Notes: generated from the sequence alone by a model not told the origin. A stretch of DNA of 48,272 nt from an uncultured Rhodospirillaceae bacterium (GCA_964624655.1 CAZUXH010000002.1:1-48272); one strand, 5' to 3'; shown: positions 1-10,618, counted from the first letter of the stretch. Program-made: numbers and translations.

Positions 1-1121
1 AATTTTAAATTCATCTTTTCAGGTAAGCCTCCTACATTATGGTGGGATTTAATAGTAGCTGAAGGGCCACCTGAAAAAGAAATCGATTCAATTACATCAG
101 GATATAAAGTGCCTTGTGCCAAATACTCTATATTTCCTAATTTATTTGCCTCTAGTTCAAATACTTCTATAAACTTTTTACCAATAATTTTTCTTTTTTC
201 TTCTGGATCTTTTATCTGTCTTAAAGCATTGAGAAACATATCGGAGGCATCAACATTTATAAATCTATTACCTAACCTCTCCTTGAAAATCTTAGTAATT
301 TCAGAAGACTCGCCTTCACGTAATAATCCATGATTAACGAATACACATACTAATTGTTTACCTATAGCCTTATCCAATAAGGCCGCAGTTACAGATGAAT
401 CCACTCCTCCTGACAATCCACATAAAACTCTGCTAGACCCTATTTCGGATTTTAAAATATCAATTTTATACTTAGAAAAAGATTTCATACTCCAATTAGA
501 ATTACATTTAGCAATATTTTTTACAAAATTTCTTAATAATTTTTTTCCCTCCAATGTATGGATAACTTCAGGATGAAATTGTAAACCATACATTTTAGAA
601 GTTTCATTAGCTATCAATGCAAATTTAGCTCCATCTGTTTTTGCAATAACTGAAAAGCCTTTTGGAATAGTATTAACTGTATCACCATGACTCATCCAAA
701 CTTGATAGTCTCCTCCCTCTTTCCATACTTTCTTCGTAAAGAGGCAACTACCTAAAACTTTAATTTTTGCCTTTCCGAATTCACTATAGGTCCCTGAGAC
801 CACCTCGCCGCCTAAATACTGAACCATAGCTTGTTGTCCATAACATATTCCTAAAATAGGCTTTCCTGATTTCATAATCCTTTCTGATAATTTTGGAGGC
901 TGGTTTTCTAAAACTGAAGCAGGGCCTCCAGATAATATTATAGCCTTTATATTGTTAACTGATAAAAATTCATCTGCTTTGTTAAAAGGAATAATAGAGC
1001 AAAAAACTCCTTCCTCTCTTATCCTTCTTGCAATTAATTGCGTATACTGGCTGCCAAAATCAACAACTAAAATTGTGTCTTTATTGAATACATTATAATT
1101 TTTTTTTTTTTCAGAGGTCAT
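1..1121 (-). CDS. guaA: GMP synthase (glutamine-hydrolysing); the C-terminal end runs off the window
   Basis: My translation of the minus strand gives MTSEKKKNYNVFNKDTILVVDFGSQYTQLIARRIRE...GICYGQQ (GATase domain), then CGLSGGVDSS (ATP-PPase P-loop) and QGTLYPDVIES...IKSHHNVGGLPEKMNLK. It is missing from the ORF track because no stop lies inside the window. The ATG at 1121-1119 overlaps the last 11 nt of the upstream TPR gene. Confidence 0.93.
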   Translation of the reverse strand, partial: MTSEKKKNYNVFNKDTILVVDFGSQYTQLIARRIREEGVFCSIIPFNKADEFLSVNNIKAIILSGGPASVLENQPPKLSERIMKSGKPILGICYGQQAMVQYLGGEVVSGTYSEFGKAKIKVLGSCLFTKKVWKEGGDYQVWMSHGDTVNTIPKGFSVIAKTDGAKFALIANETSKMYGLQFHPEVIHTLEGKKLLRNFVKNIAKCNSNWSMKSFSKYKIDILKSEIGSSRVLCGLSGGVDSSVTAALLDKAIGKQLVCVFVNHGLLREGESSEITKIFKERLGNRFINVDASDMFLNALRQIKDPEEKRKIIGKKFIEVFELEANKLGNIEYLAQGTLYPDVIESISFSGGPSATIKSHHNVGGLPEKMNLK

Positions 1122-1617
1122 TGTTTTCCTCGTACATAGCTATGGCATCTCTAAGATTATCAAATTCTTCACAACCAAATAAACATAACAAATCTAATTG
1201 ATCAAAATGATGTTTAGCCTTTTCCAAGTCTCCGGATTCTAAATATGCAATAGCTATATAGTGATGAGCAGGTATATATTCATTGTCTATAGATAGAGCA
1301 TTTTTATAATACTCAAATGAATTCTCAAAATTTTGAAGTTGTCTTTCAATATACCCCAAAATATTCCATACTTCAGGTCTAGGAGTATTAGTATTCATCA
1401 AATCTCTTAAAAGCTTTTTTGATGCTTCATATTCTCCCGCTTCTATTAGCTCCCAAGCTATCGATAGATCATTTTCCTCTATATTTTGTACTTGTAAATT
1501 TTCGTCACTATTTGGTAAACCCCAATCATTGGAGACATTAGGATCCTCTCTATTCCCTAACGCAAAATTGAGGAATAAAAAGTAGAATAAAAAATTAAAT
1601 AAAAATACTTTTAACAT
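1111..1617 (-). CDS. Secreted TPR-repeat protein of unknown function
   Basis: The 168-aa ORF has a hydrophobic N-terminal signal-like segment (MLKVFLFNFLFYFLFLNFALG). It also has TPR-like helices (YEASKKLLRDL, FENSFEYYKNALSIDNEYIPAHHYIAIAYLESGDLEKAKHHF). It sits between guaB and guaA on the same strand. Confidence 0.6.
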   Translation of the reverse strand: MLKVFLFNFLFYFLFLNFALGNREDPNVSNDWGLPNSDENLQVQNIEENDLSIAWELIEAGEYEASKKLLRDLMNTNTPRPEVWNILGYIERQLQNFENSFEYYKNALSIDNEYIPAHHYIAIAYLESGDLEKAKHHFDQLDLLCLFGCEEFDNLRDAIAMYEENNDL

Positions 1618-1678
1618 TCTATATTGCTAATCTACTCCATATTTAAAATATTTCTAAAAAATAGTAATAAATCAAAAT

Positions 1679-3157
<1,479 letters not shown>

Positions 3158-3193
3158 TTAAATTTAGTTTAATAAAGGATATACAGTACTATC

Positions 3194-3871
3194 TTATTCA
3201 ACTATGCCTTGTCTATAATTAAGTCCAACTAGAAATATTTCTGCTGACTCTTTTCTACTAGAAATAGGTTTGAACACCTTAACAGTTTTAAATTTTTTTT
3301 TAAGTTTTTTAATAAAATTATCGGTTTCACCGCCACCAATTATTTTACAACAAAAATTTCCACGATTTTTCAAAAATAAATCTGCAATATCAAGTGCACA
3401 ATCTGCTAAATTTTGTGATCGAATTTGGTCAGTACTCTTATGCCCAGTGGCCGAAGGAGCCATGTCTGAGAGCACCACATTAGCAAAACTAATTAATCTT
3501 TTTATTTTTTTTTGAGCTTGTTTTTCAAATAAATCCTCTTTAATAAAAGATACCCCTTCTAAGGAGTCCATTTCTTTAATATCTATCGCCACTATTTTAC
3601 CGCCTATAATTTTTTCTGCTAATACTTGACTCCAGCCCCCTGGATAGGCGCCTAAGTCAAGTGCAATATCTCCATTTTTAAAAATATTAAATTTTTCATT
3701 TAATTCTAGCAATTTAAAAGCTGATCTAGATCTGTATTTTTGCTCTGCTGCGGCCAATACAAAAGGATCATTAATTTGTCTTTCAATCCATCTTCTAGAA
3801 GAAAGACTTTTTTGGTTCTTTTTTATTTTTTTCTTCAAGAACCTGCTATTTTGAACTACGTTTTTTACCAA
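3194..3871 (-). CDS. rlmE: 23S rRNA (uridine-2'-O)-methyltransferase RlmE/FtsJ
   Basis: The 225-aa ORF has RSRSAFKLLELNEKF and the SAM-binding motif DLGAYPGGWSQV. It uses a TTG start. Confidence 0.9.
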   Translation of the reverse strand: MVKNVVQNSRFLKKKIKKNQKSLSSRRWIERQINDPFVLAAAEQKYRSRSAFKLLELNEKFNIFKNGDIALDLGAYPGGWSQVLAEKIIGGKIVAIDIKEMDSLEGVSFIKEDLFEKQAQKKIKRLISFANVVLSDMAPSATGHKSTDQIRSQNLADCALDIADLFLKNRGNFCCKIIGGGETDNFIKKLKKKFKTVKVFKPISSRKESAEIFLVGLNYRQGIVE

Positions 3872-3890
3872 ATAGAAAACTCTCTTTAAA

Positions 3891-5444
3891 CTATCCCTTA
3901 AAATTACTATCTATCATTTTTTCTATTAAATGTCTTTGAACTTTTCCAGTAGAACTTCTTGGAATATTTTCTTTTGAAAAATATTTAATAAAAGAAGGTT
4001 GTTTGTATCCTGCCAATTTTTTCCTAGAAAGCTTAACTAAATCCTCATAAATTTTTATAAATTTATCATGACTATTAGTAACTACTAGAACAGTTGGTGT
4101 TTCACCCCATTTTTTACTATAGGTTTTTACAGCAACAGCTTCTATTACGTCCTTATGTGAAAGAAAAACTCTTTCTATTTCTGCCGGATAGATATTTTCC
4201 CCTCCAGATTTAATCAAATATTTTTTTCTATCCACAAAGTCAATGGTTCCATCACTATTTCTTTTCATTACATCTCCCATATGAAACCATCCGTTCCTAA
4301 ATTCTATTTGATTTATTTTTTCTTCATTCCAGTATCCACTAAAAAGAGTAGGCCCTCTCAAAATACATTCCCCAGGTTGGTCAATTTCCACTTCTATATC
4401 ATCATCATTAACAAATTTTATTTCACATAAACTACTTTGAGTCTTGGAAAGAGAATACTTCATTGAATTTATAGAAATTTTGCCTCCCGAGGCAGGGGGC
4501 ATTCCTGTTTCAGTTGACCCAAATGAATTTAAGTAAGGCGTACAAAGCAACTGCGTTATTTCGGCAATTTGTTTTTTGGGAATCAAATCCGCCATAGCAC
4601 CCATAATTTTTATTCCCTTTGGTTTTATAGTATTTGTTTTCAAATATTTAATGAAATCTTCAAGCATTCCTGGCATTAAAACTAACCAAGAAATTTTATA
4701 TTTCTTTAATAAATTTATAATTATATTTTTTTTAAATCCATCTATAAAGGATACAGAACCACCTATAAGCAACGAACCTATAGCTAAATCTGTAGATGCC
4801 ATATGAAACATTGGGGCCCATGCAGGAAAAGTGTCTTCTTTATCTATGCCATATTCTATAACATTATACATTGCCCTAGCAATAAAGGCCCTATGTGAAA
4901 TTACAGCTCCTTTAGGATATCCTGTAGTTCCAGAAGTATATAAGATCACCATTGGATCCTCACCTCTTCCTATGCTTTCTCCTTTATAAGGGGGCGTATC
5001 CATTATTTTTTTCTCATATTTTTTATCAAATTTTACATATTTATGGCTTCTCAATTTTAGTGAATAATATTTTTTCTGATAGCGTTCTGAAAAAAAAATT
5101 ATTTTTGGTTTCACCAAATCAATACAATACTGAGTCTCTTCTTCTGAAAGTCTCCAATTTATAGCCGCTACTATAGCTCCTATTTTTGCACAAGCCATTT
5201 CTAACTCTAAATATTCAGATCTGTTTTCAGAAATTATTACAACTCTTGAACTAGGTTTAATATTATAAGAAATCAAAAAATTGGATAATCTTAATATTTT
5301 ATTTTGTAAATTTTTATAAGTATAATTTTTTCCTTTATAATTTAAAATAGCAATTGCTTCTGGGTTTGTCTTTACTTTTGCCTCGAAAAGATCTGCTACT
5401 GAATTGGTGCTTGAAAAATTAATTAATTTATTGTTTTTATTCAT
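3891..5444 (-). CDS. AMP-dependent acyl-CoA synthetase/ligase; substrate unknown
   Basis: The 517-aa ORF carries the adenylate-forming signature ILYTSGTTGYPKGAV, plus GWFHMGDV and a C-terminal SSTGKVQR. Confidence 0.85.
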   Translation of the reverse strand: MNKNNKLINFSSTNSVADLFEAKVKTNPEAIAILNYKGKNYTYKNLQNKILRLSNFLISYNIKPSSRVVIISENRSEYLELEMACAKIGAIVAAINWRLSEEETQYCIDLVKPKIIFFSERYQKKYYSLKLRSHKYVKFDKKYEKKIMDTPPYKGESIGRGEDPMVILYTSGTTGYPKGAVISHRAFIARAMYNVIEYGIDKEDTFPAWAPMFHMASTDLAIGSLLIGGSVSFIDGFKKNIIINLLKKYKISWLVLMPGMLEDFIKYLKTNTIKPKGIKIMGAMADLIPKKQIAEITQLLCTPYLNSFGSTETGMPPASGGKISINSMKYSLSKTQSSLCEIKFVNDDDIEVEIDQPGECILRGPTLFSGYWNEEKINQIEFRNGWFHMGDVMKRNSDGTIDFVDRKKYLIKSGGENIYPAEIERVFLSHKDVIEAVAVKTYSKKWGETPTVLVVTNSHDKFIKIYEDLVKLSRKKLAGYKQPSFIKYFSKENIPRSSTGKVQRHLIEKMIDSNFKG

Positions 5445-5449
5445 GGTTT

Positions 5450-6439
5450 TTAATTTGGCTCCATAGAATAATCATTTTGCAATTCATCATTATCTCCATT
5501 TTCTATATTTATAAAACTTTCCATTGGCAAATATTTATCTTTAGACCACTCAGCTAGAGAGGATTCATACAACTTACTTTTAGAGTTTTTTAATATTTCT
5601 GATAATGCAAACCACACGATAGAGCTTTCTAGTCCTGCATTACAAAAAGAAATTTGAGGTTTATTAAAATCAATGCCTTGATTATTTATAATTTTCTCTA
5701 GATTTTCTTTTTTGTGAAAATAAAGGCTGCCATTTTTTAATAACCACTGATTAGGAATATTTTTAGCTCCTGCAATAGTGCCATATCTTAAAGAAGGAGC
5801 AGTATTATTTATCCCCATATAAAAATCAGAAGAACGACCGTCAATAATATCTATTTTATTATTTAATCCATGTAAAACATCTTCTTTATTAGCAATAATA
5901 TCATTATTCACTCTAGGATTAAAAATTGACTTTTTTTGTTTTTTATAACCTGTTTCACTATCCCTATCCCAATTTTCAAACCATGCAGGCACTCCTCCAT
6001 CCAAAATAGAAATATCATTATGCCCGATATATTTGAGTGTGAAATAAATGGATGTGGTTTCTGCCATGCTATACTCCCCTCTACCAGAAGCAACGACTAT
6101 AACTTTATCATCATTAGAAATACCGTGATCCTGTAATACTGTTTTTAAATGTTCAACAGAGGGTAACATTAAGGGTATATTTTTTTCTTTAACTCTCCAT
6201 CCGCTTTCATAAAAATTAGTATACACAGAACATGGAATATGTGATGCTTCATAACTCCTTTTACCAGTATGAACTTCTAAAACTATCAAATTTTCTTTGC
6301 ATATATTTTTTTCTAGCCATTCTGCACTTACTAAAGCTTGGGAATAGGAAGAAGAAATTCCAAAGAAATAAAAGATAACACATAAATACATAATTTTAGA
6401 AAAGGAATTAAACAAAGAACCACTCCAAAAATTGTTCAA
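5450..6439 (-). CDS. Two-domain rhodanese (thiosulfate/3-mercaptopyruvate sulfurtransferase-like) with a predicted signal peptide
   Basis: The 329-aa ORF has the tandem rhodanese layout of the SseA/TST family and a candidate active-site Cys in FCNAGLESS. The N-terminus (MYLCVIFYFFGISSSYSQA) looks like a Sec signal peptide. Confidence 0.72.
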   Translation of the reverse strand: MNNFWSGSLFNSFSKIMYLCVIFYFFGISSSYSQALVSAEWLEKNICKENLIVLEVHTGKRSYEASHIPCSVYTNFYESGWRVKEKNIPLMLPSVEHLKTVLQDHGISNDDKVIVVASGRGEYSMAETTSIYFTLKYIGHNDISILDGGVPAWFENWDRDSETGYKKQKKSIFNPRVNNDIIANKEDVLHGLNNKIDIIDGRSSDFYMGINNTAPSLRYGTIAGAKNIPNQWLLKNGSLYFHKKENLEKIINNQGIDFNKPQISFCNAGLESSIVWFALSEILKNSKSKLYESSLAEWSKDKYLPMESFINIENGDNDELQNDYSMEPN

Positions 6440-6484
6440 TTTTATAATATTTATAATAATATATTATTAAATATTTTATCAATT

Positions 6485-6514
6485 TATTAACAGATATGAA
6501 GTATTCTGTTAATA
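6485..6514. promoter_or_regulatory. Perfect 10-bp inverted repeat with a 10-nt spacer (TATTAACAGA-N10-TCTGTTAATA), a candidate operator
   Basis: Read directly from the divergent spacer between the rhodanese gene (start 6439) and the IlvD/Edd dehydratase gene (start 6551). No binding protein can be assigned. Confidence 0.25.
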
Positions 6515-6550
6515 TAATATGCTTTATTTATTTTATAAAAGGAGAATACT

Positions 6551-8332
6551 ATGAGTTCTAAAAAATTTAATTCTAAATATAGGAGCAGACAATGGTTTGA
6601 CAACCCTAAAGATCCAGGAAATACGTCAATTTATTTAGAACGCATAATGAACTATGGATATACTCCCGAAGAATTAACTTCTGGAAAACCTATTATTGGC
6701 ATTGCTCAAACCGGATCAGATATATCTCCCTGTAATAGAGTTCATATTAAACTTGCTACAAGAATAAGAGAAGGCATCAGGACAGCGGGAGGTATAGCAT
6801 TCGAATTTCCGGTACATCCAATTCAAGAAACTTTAAAGAGACCTACTGCTTCACTTGATAGAAATTTAGCATATCTAGGGTTAGTAGAAATTTTGCATGG
6901 ATACCCTATAGACGGAGTAGTTTTAACTACAGGATGCGATAAAACTACTCCCGCATGCCTAATGGCTGCTGCTACAATGAATATTCCCGCTATAGTACTT
7001 AATGGCGGACCTATGTTAGATGGTTGGTATAAGGGAAAATTAGCAGGATCTGGAATGGCTGTATGGGATGGACGAGTACAGCTTGCAGCAGGAAAAATTA
7101 ACTACGAAGAATTTGTAGATATAGTTACTTCATCTGCTCCTTCGGACGGACATTGCAACACGATGGGGACTGCATCTACTATGAATTCTTTAGCCGAGGC
7201 TTTAGGAATGAGTTTAACAGGCAACGCAAATATTCCAGCACCTTATAGAGAAAGGGGTCAGATGGCCTATAAAACTGGTGAAAGAATAGTGGGAATGGTC
7301 GAAGAAGATCTAACTCCTTCAAAAATTATGACACGAGAAGCCTTTGAGAATACCATAATAGTTAACTCAGCTATAGGAGGTTCTACAAATGCACAAATGC
7401 ACTTAACAGCTATAGCAAGGCATGTGGGAATTAAATTAGAAACTCAGGCTTGGCAAAATATTGGATATGATATTCCGCTAATGGCAAACATTCAACCTGC
7501 AGGAAAATATTTATGTGAAAGTTACCATAGAGCAGGAGGCACTGCCGCCTTAATGGCAGAATTATTAAAACATAAAAAATTAAATGGTAATGTACTTACT
7601 GCAAGTGGAAAAACATTGTCTGAAAACCTTAAAGGAATCCAAATAAAAGATCATGATGTCATAACAACATTTAATAAACCATTAAAGGATAGAGCAGGTT
7701 TTATTGTATTAAAAGGTAATCTTTTTGATGCTGCAATAATGAAAACATCTGTGATATCAAAAAGTTTTAGAGAAAAATTTTTGTCGAGAGCTGGTAAAGA
7801 AGGAATTCTTGAAGGGAGAGCAATAGTGTTTGAAGGCTCTGAGGATTACCATAACAGAGTTAATGATAAAAATTTAAAAATGGATGAAAATTCAATCTTA
7901 GTTATTAGAGGAGCAGGACCTGTAGGATGGCCTGGTTCAGCCGAGGTAGTAAACATGCAACCCTCCGATGAACTAATAAAAAAGGGGGTATTAGAACTTC
8001 CTTGTATAGGTGATGGAAGACAATCTGGAACATCTGGAAGTCCTTCAATACTCAATGCTTCGCCTGAAAGTGCTGTAGGGGGAGGTCTTGCTTGGCTTAA
8101 AACTGGCGACACGATTAAAATAGATTTAAATGAACAGACTGCAAATATGCTTGTTGATGATAAAGAAATAGAAAAAAGAAAAAATCAAGGCATCCCTAAA
8201 TATCCTGACAGTCAAACTCCTTGGCAAGAGATCTATCGAAATGGTGTAGGACAAATAAATAAAGGAGCAGTTTTAGAAAATGCAACTAAATTTCAAAACA
8301 TTAAAAAAGATCTACCTAGAAACAATCACTGA
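6551..8332 (+). CDS. IlvD/Edd-family dehydratase (dihydroxy-acid or sugar-acid dehydratase)
   Basis: The 593-aa ORF has the N-terminus YRSRQWFDNP...GKPIIGIAQTGSDISPCN and the Fe-S ligand region TTGCDKTTPACLMAA. It also has SAPSDGHCNTMGTASTMN. The N-terminal style resembles aldonate (arabinonate/xylonate) dehydratases as much as classical IlvD. A GGAG Shine-Dalgarno sequence lies 8 nt upstream. Confidence 0.85.
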   Translation: MSSKKFNSKYRSRQWFDNPKDPGNTSIYLERIMNYGYTPEELTSGKPIIGIAQTGSDISPCNRVHIKLATRIREGIRTAGGIAFEFPVHPIQETLKRPTASLDRNLAYLGLVEILHGYPIDGVVLTTGCDKTTPACLMAAATMNIPAIVLNGGPMLDGWYKGKLAGSGMAVWDGRVQLAAGKINYEEFVDIVTSSAPSDGHCNTMGTASTMNSLAEALGMSLTGNANIPAPYRERGQMAYKTGERIVGMVEEDLTPSKIMTREAFENTIIVNSAIGGSTNAQMHLTAIARHVGIKLETQAWQNIGYDIPLMANIQPAGKYLCESYHRAGGTAALMAELLKHKKLNGNVLTASGKTLSENLKGIQIKDHDVITTFNKPLKDRAGFIVLKGNLFDAAIMKTSVISKSFREKFLSRAGKEGILEGRAIVFEGSEDYHNRVNDKNLKMDENSILVIRGAGPVGWPGSAEVVNMQPSDELIKKGVLELPCIGDGRQSGTSGSPSILNASPESAVGGGLAWLKTGDTIKIDLNEQTANMLVDDKEIEKRKNQGIPKYPDSQTPWQEIYRNGVGQINKGAVLENATKFQNIKKDLPRNNH

Positions 8333-8453
8333 TTTTGTAAATATCTAGTTATAGGTTTAAGCTATTTGAGGTATAGATTTAAAAATTAACTATTTTAGTA
8401 TTATCTTTCTACATGGCTTATGCCATTATATTAACTTAAATGGGGAAGTAACA

Positions 8454-8528
8454 ATGTGGAAATCTCCTAAGATTCGCGAAGTAGCAGTTGGTCTAGAAAT
8501 TAATTGCTATGCTTGCGCAGAACTTTAG
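8454..8528 (+). CDS. pqqA: PQQ precursor peptide PqqA (24 aa: MWKSPKIREVAVGLEINCYACAEL)
   Basis: This small ORF is not in the supplied track. It has the MWxxP N-terminus and the Glu-X3-Tyr motif (E-INC-Y) from which PQQ is built. It lies 64 nt upstream of pqqB, and a purine-rich GGGGAAG precedes the ATG. Confidence 0.85.
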   Translation: MWKSPKIREVAVGLEINCYACAEL

Positions 8529-8552
8529 TTTTTTATAAAAACTAGTTTTTTT
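8526..8552 (+). terminator. Weak hairpin plus T-tract just after pqqA, a possible attenuator between pqqA and pqqB
   Basis: TAGTTTTT (8526-8533) pairs with AAAAACTA (8537-8544) across a 3-nt loop, and seven T residues follow (8546-8552). The stem has only one G:C pair, so it is weak. Confidence 0.3.
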
Positions 8553-8592
8553 CTTCACCAGCTGTTTTGTCTAGCTGAACGGAGTATTTATT

Positions 8593-9528
8593 ATGTATAT
8601 ACGTGTGCTAGGTGCAGCAGCAGGTGGGGGATACCCTCAATGGAATTGTAACCACCCTAATAGTAGAAAAGCTAGAAACAAGGACCCAAACGCAATTGCT
8701 CGAACGCAATCCTCCATTGCAATAAGTTTAGATGAGAAGAGATGGTTTATTTTTAATGCCTCTCCAGACTTGAGACAACAGCTGTGGAATAATCCTTCAT
8801 TAATGCCACAAGCAGAAGATCCTTTGAGATATAGCCCTATTATGGGTGTTTTTTTAACAAATGCTGATGTAGATCATACCGCAGGCTTGATTAATTTAAG
8901 AGAATCACAAAAATTTAACTTATATGGAACAAAGAGAGTTCTTGAAGTTTTAGAAAATAATTCTATTTTTAGGGTTTTAAATCCAAAATTTGTTAAGCAT
9001 ACTCCTGTAAAACTTAATGAAACCATAGAACTTAAGTATACTAATGGTGAAAACAGTGGAATTTCCGTAGTTCCATTTGCGGTTCCAGGTAAAGTTGCAC
9101 TATGGCTAGAAGATAAATCAAAAGGTCCCGATTTTGGCTCGGTAGAAGAAGATACTATTGCTCTAGAAGTAAAGGGTCCCGAAGGTAAAACAGATTTTTT
9201 CTATATTCCAGGATGTGCTAGTATGCCTGATTGGTTAAAAAACAAAGTAAATAATTCTAATTTAATTTTATTTGATGGAACACTCTGGACAGATGATGAA
9301 ATGATAAAGGAAAAGGTTGGAATAAAAACAGGAAAACGCATGGGTCATATAAGTATGTCTGGGCCTGAAGGATCTCTTGAAAGTTTTAAAGATTTAGAAA
9401 TACAAAGAAAAATCTTTATTCATATAAATACTACAAACCCTGCCTTGTTAGAAAACTCGAAGGAACGAAAAACAGCAAATGACTTAGGTTGGGAAATTGC
9501 TTATGATTCAATGGAGATAAAAACATGA
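8593..9528 (+). CDS. pqqB: PQQ biosynthesis protein B (metallo-beta-lactamase fold)
   Basis: The 311-aa ORF has the typical PqqB N-terminus MYIRVLGAAAGGGYPQWNCNHPN, plus LTNADVDHTAGL. Its position in the pqq operon fits. Confidence 0.9.
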   Translation: MYIRVLGAAAGGGYPQWNCNHPNSRKARNKDPNAIARTQSSIAISLDEKRWFIFNASPDLRQQLWNNPSLMPQAEDPLRYSPIMGVFLTNADVDHTAGLINLRESQKFNLYGTKRVLEVLENNSIFRVLNPKFVKHTPVKLNETIELKYTNGENSGISVVPFAVPGKVALWLEDKSKGPDFGSVEEDTIALEVKGPEGKTDFFYIPGCASMPDWLKNKVNNSNLILFDGTLWTDDEMIKEKVGIKTGKRMGHISMSGPEGSLESFKDLEIQRKIFIHINTTNPALLENSKERKTANDLGWEIAYDSMEIKT

Positions 9529-10325
9529 TAATGCCGGCTCCATTTTATCCTGGATCTAAACAAAATTCAGATAATAAAAAAACCATGAATAAAGAAGAAT
9601 TCATATGTGCATTAACCGAACTTGGAAAACAAAGATACCATAGTTTACATCCCTTTCATAAATTGCTTCACTCTGGAAAACTATCATTCCAGCAAGTCCA
9701 AGCATGGGCTCTTAATAGATTTTATTACCAATGGTCTATTCCCAGAAAAGACCTAACTCTCATGGCAAGAATAGATGACGTTGATTTAAGGCTTGAATGG
9801 CGGTCTCGTGTAATAGATCATGAAGGTGATATCGATGGAAAAGGGGGCATCCAAAGATATCTTCAACTTTGTGAAAAATTAAACTTAGATTTAGACTATG
9901 TAAAATCTTGCCAAGGTTTGCTTCCTGCTACTAAATTTGCTGTAGATGCTTATGTAAATTTTGTAGAAGAAAAATCATTATTAGAAGCAATTGCATCTTC
10001 TTTAACTGAAATATATGCCCCTGCTATTCACCAAGAAAGGATAACAGGACTATCAAAACATTATGATTGGGCTGATGATTATGCGCTAGCATATTTTAAA
10101 AAGAGGATAGGACAGGCAAGAAAAGATGTAGAGTTTGGAAGAGAATGGGTAATAACTAATGCTAGAAGTAGGGAAGATCAAGAATCCGTATTAGCAGCAG
10201 TCAGATTTAAAACTGAAGTTTTATGGGCACAATTAGATGGTCTTTACTATGCTTACGTCGATCCTGGTTTTATTCCACCAGGCGCATTTGTTCCTGAAGG
10301 TCTAAAAGAAAAAGCTTGGAATTAA
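9525..10325 (+). CDS. pqqC: Pyrroloquinoline-quinone synthase PqqC
   Basis: The ORF has RYHSLHPFHKLLHSGKLSFQQVQAWALNRFYYQ, the conserved PqqC core. The ATG at 9525 forms an ATGA overlap with the pqqB stop. ATG 9588 (MNKEEF) is an alternative start. Confidence 0.92.
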   Translation: MIMPAPFYPGSKQNSDNKKTMNKEEFICALTELGKQRYHSLHPFHKLLHSGKLSFQQVQAWALNRFYYQWSIPRKDLTLMARIDDVDLRLEWRSRVIDHEGDIDGKGGIQRYLQLCEKLNLDLDYVKSCQGLLPATKFAVDAYVNFVEEKSLLEAIASSLTEIYAPAIHQERITGLSKHYDWADDYALAYFKKRIGQARKDVEFGREWVITNARSREDQESVLAAVRFKTEVLWAQLDGLYYAYVDPGFIPPGAFVPEGLKEKAWN

Positions 10326-10327
10326 TT

Positions 10328-10618
10328 ATGACAAATTTACTAGTATTAACAGAAGAACATATACCTAAACTACCAAGACATGCAAAATTACGCTTTGATA
10401 AAGCGAGGAATAAATGGATTATCAATGCACCAGAAAGAGTATTTGAATTAGATGATATAGCATCAGAAGTTATTCAACTAGTTGATGGGGAGTCAAGCAT
10501 TGACTCTATAATAAATAAATTATTAGAAAAATTCTCGGGTGCACCACGGGAAGTCATTGCTAAAGATGTATTAGCTATGTTACAACCGTTAGCTGATAAA
10601 GGATTTATTGTAATATGA
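10328..10618 (+). CDS. pqqD: PqqD, peptide chaperone for PqqE
   Basis: The roughly 96-aa ORF has PRHAKLRFDKARNKWIINAPERVFELDDIASEVIQLVDG, which is PqqD-like. I chose ATG 10328, which lies 2 nt after the pqqC stop. The track's TTG at 10316 is the alternative. The stop overlaps the pqqE ATG (ATGA). Confidence 0.85.
   Translation: MTNLLVLTEEHIPKLPRHAKLRFDKARNKWIINAPERVFELDDIASEVIQLVDGESSIDSIINKLLEKFSGAPREVIAKDVLAMLQPLADKGFIVI

Noticed and set aside
109-333. A 74-aa plus-strand ORF at the left edge of the window.
   Set aside because: It lies antisense to, and wholly inside, the clearly conserved guaA reading frame. It is low-complexity and Ser/Leu/Phe/Ile-rich, as expected for antisense translation of AT-rich coding DNA.
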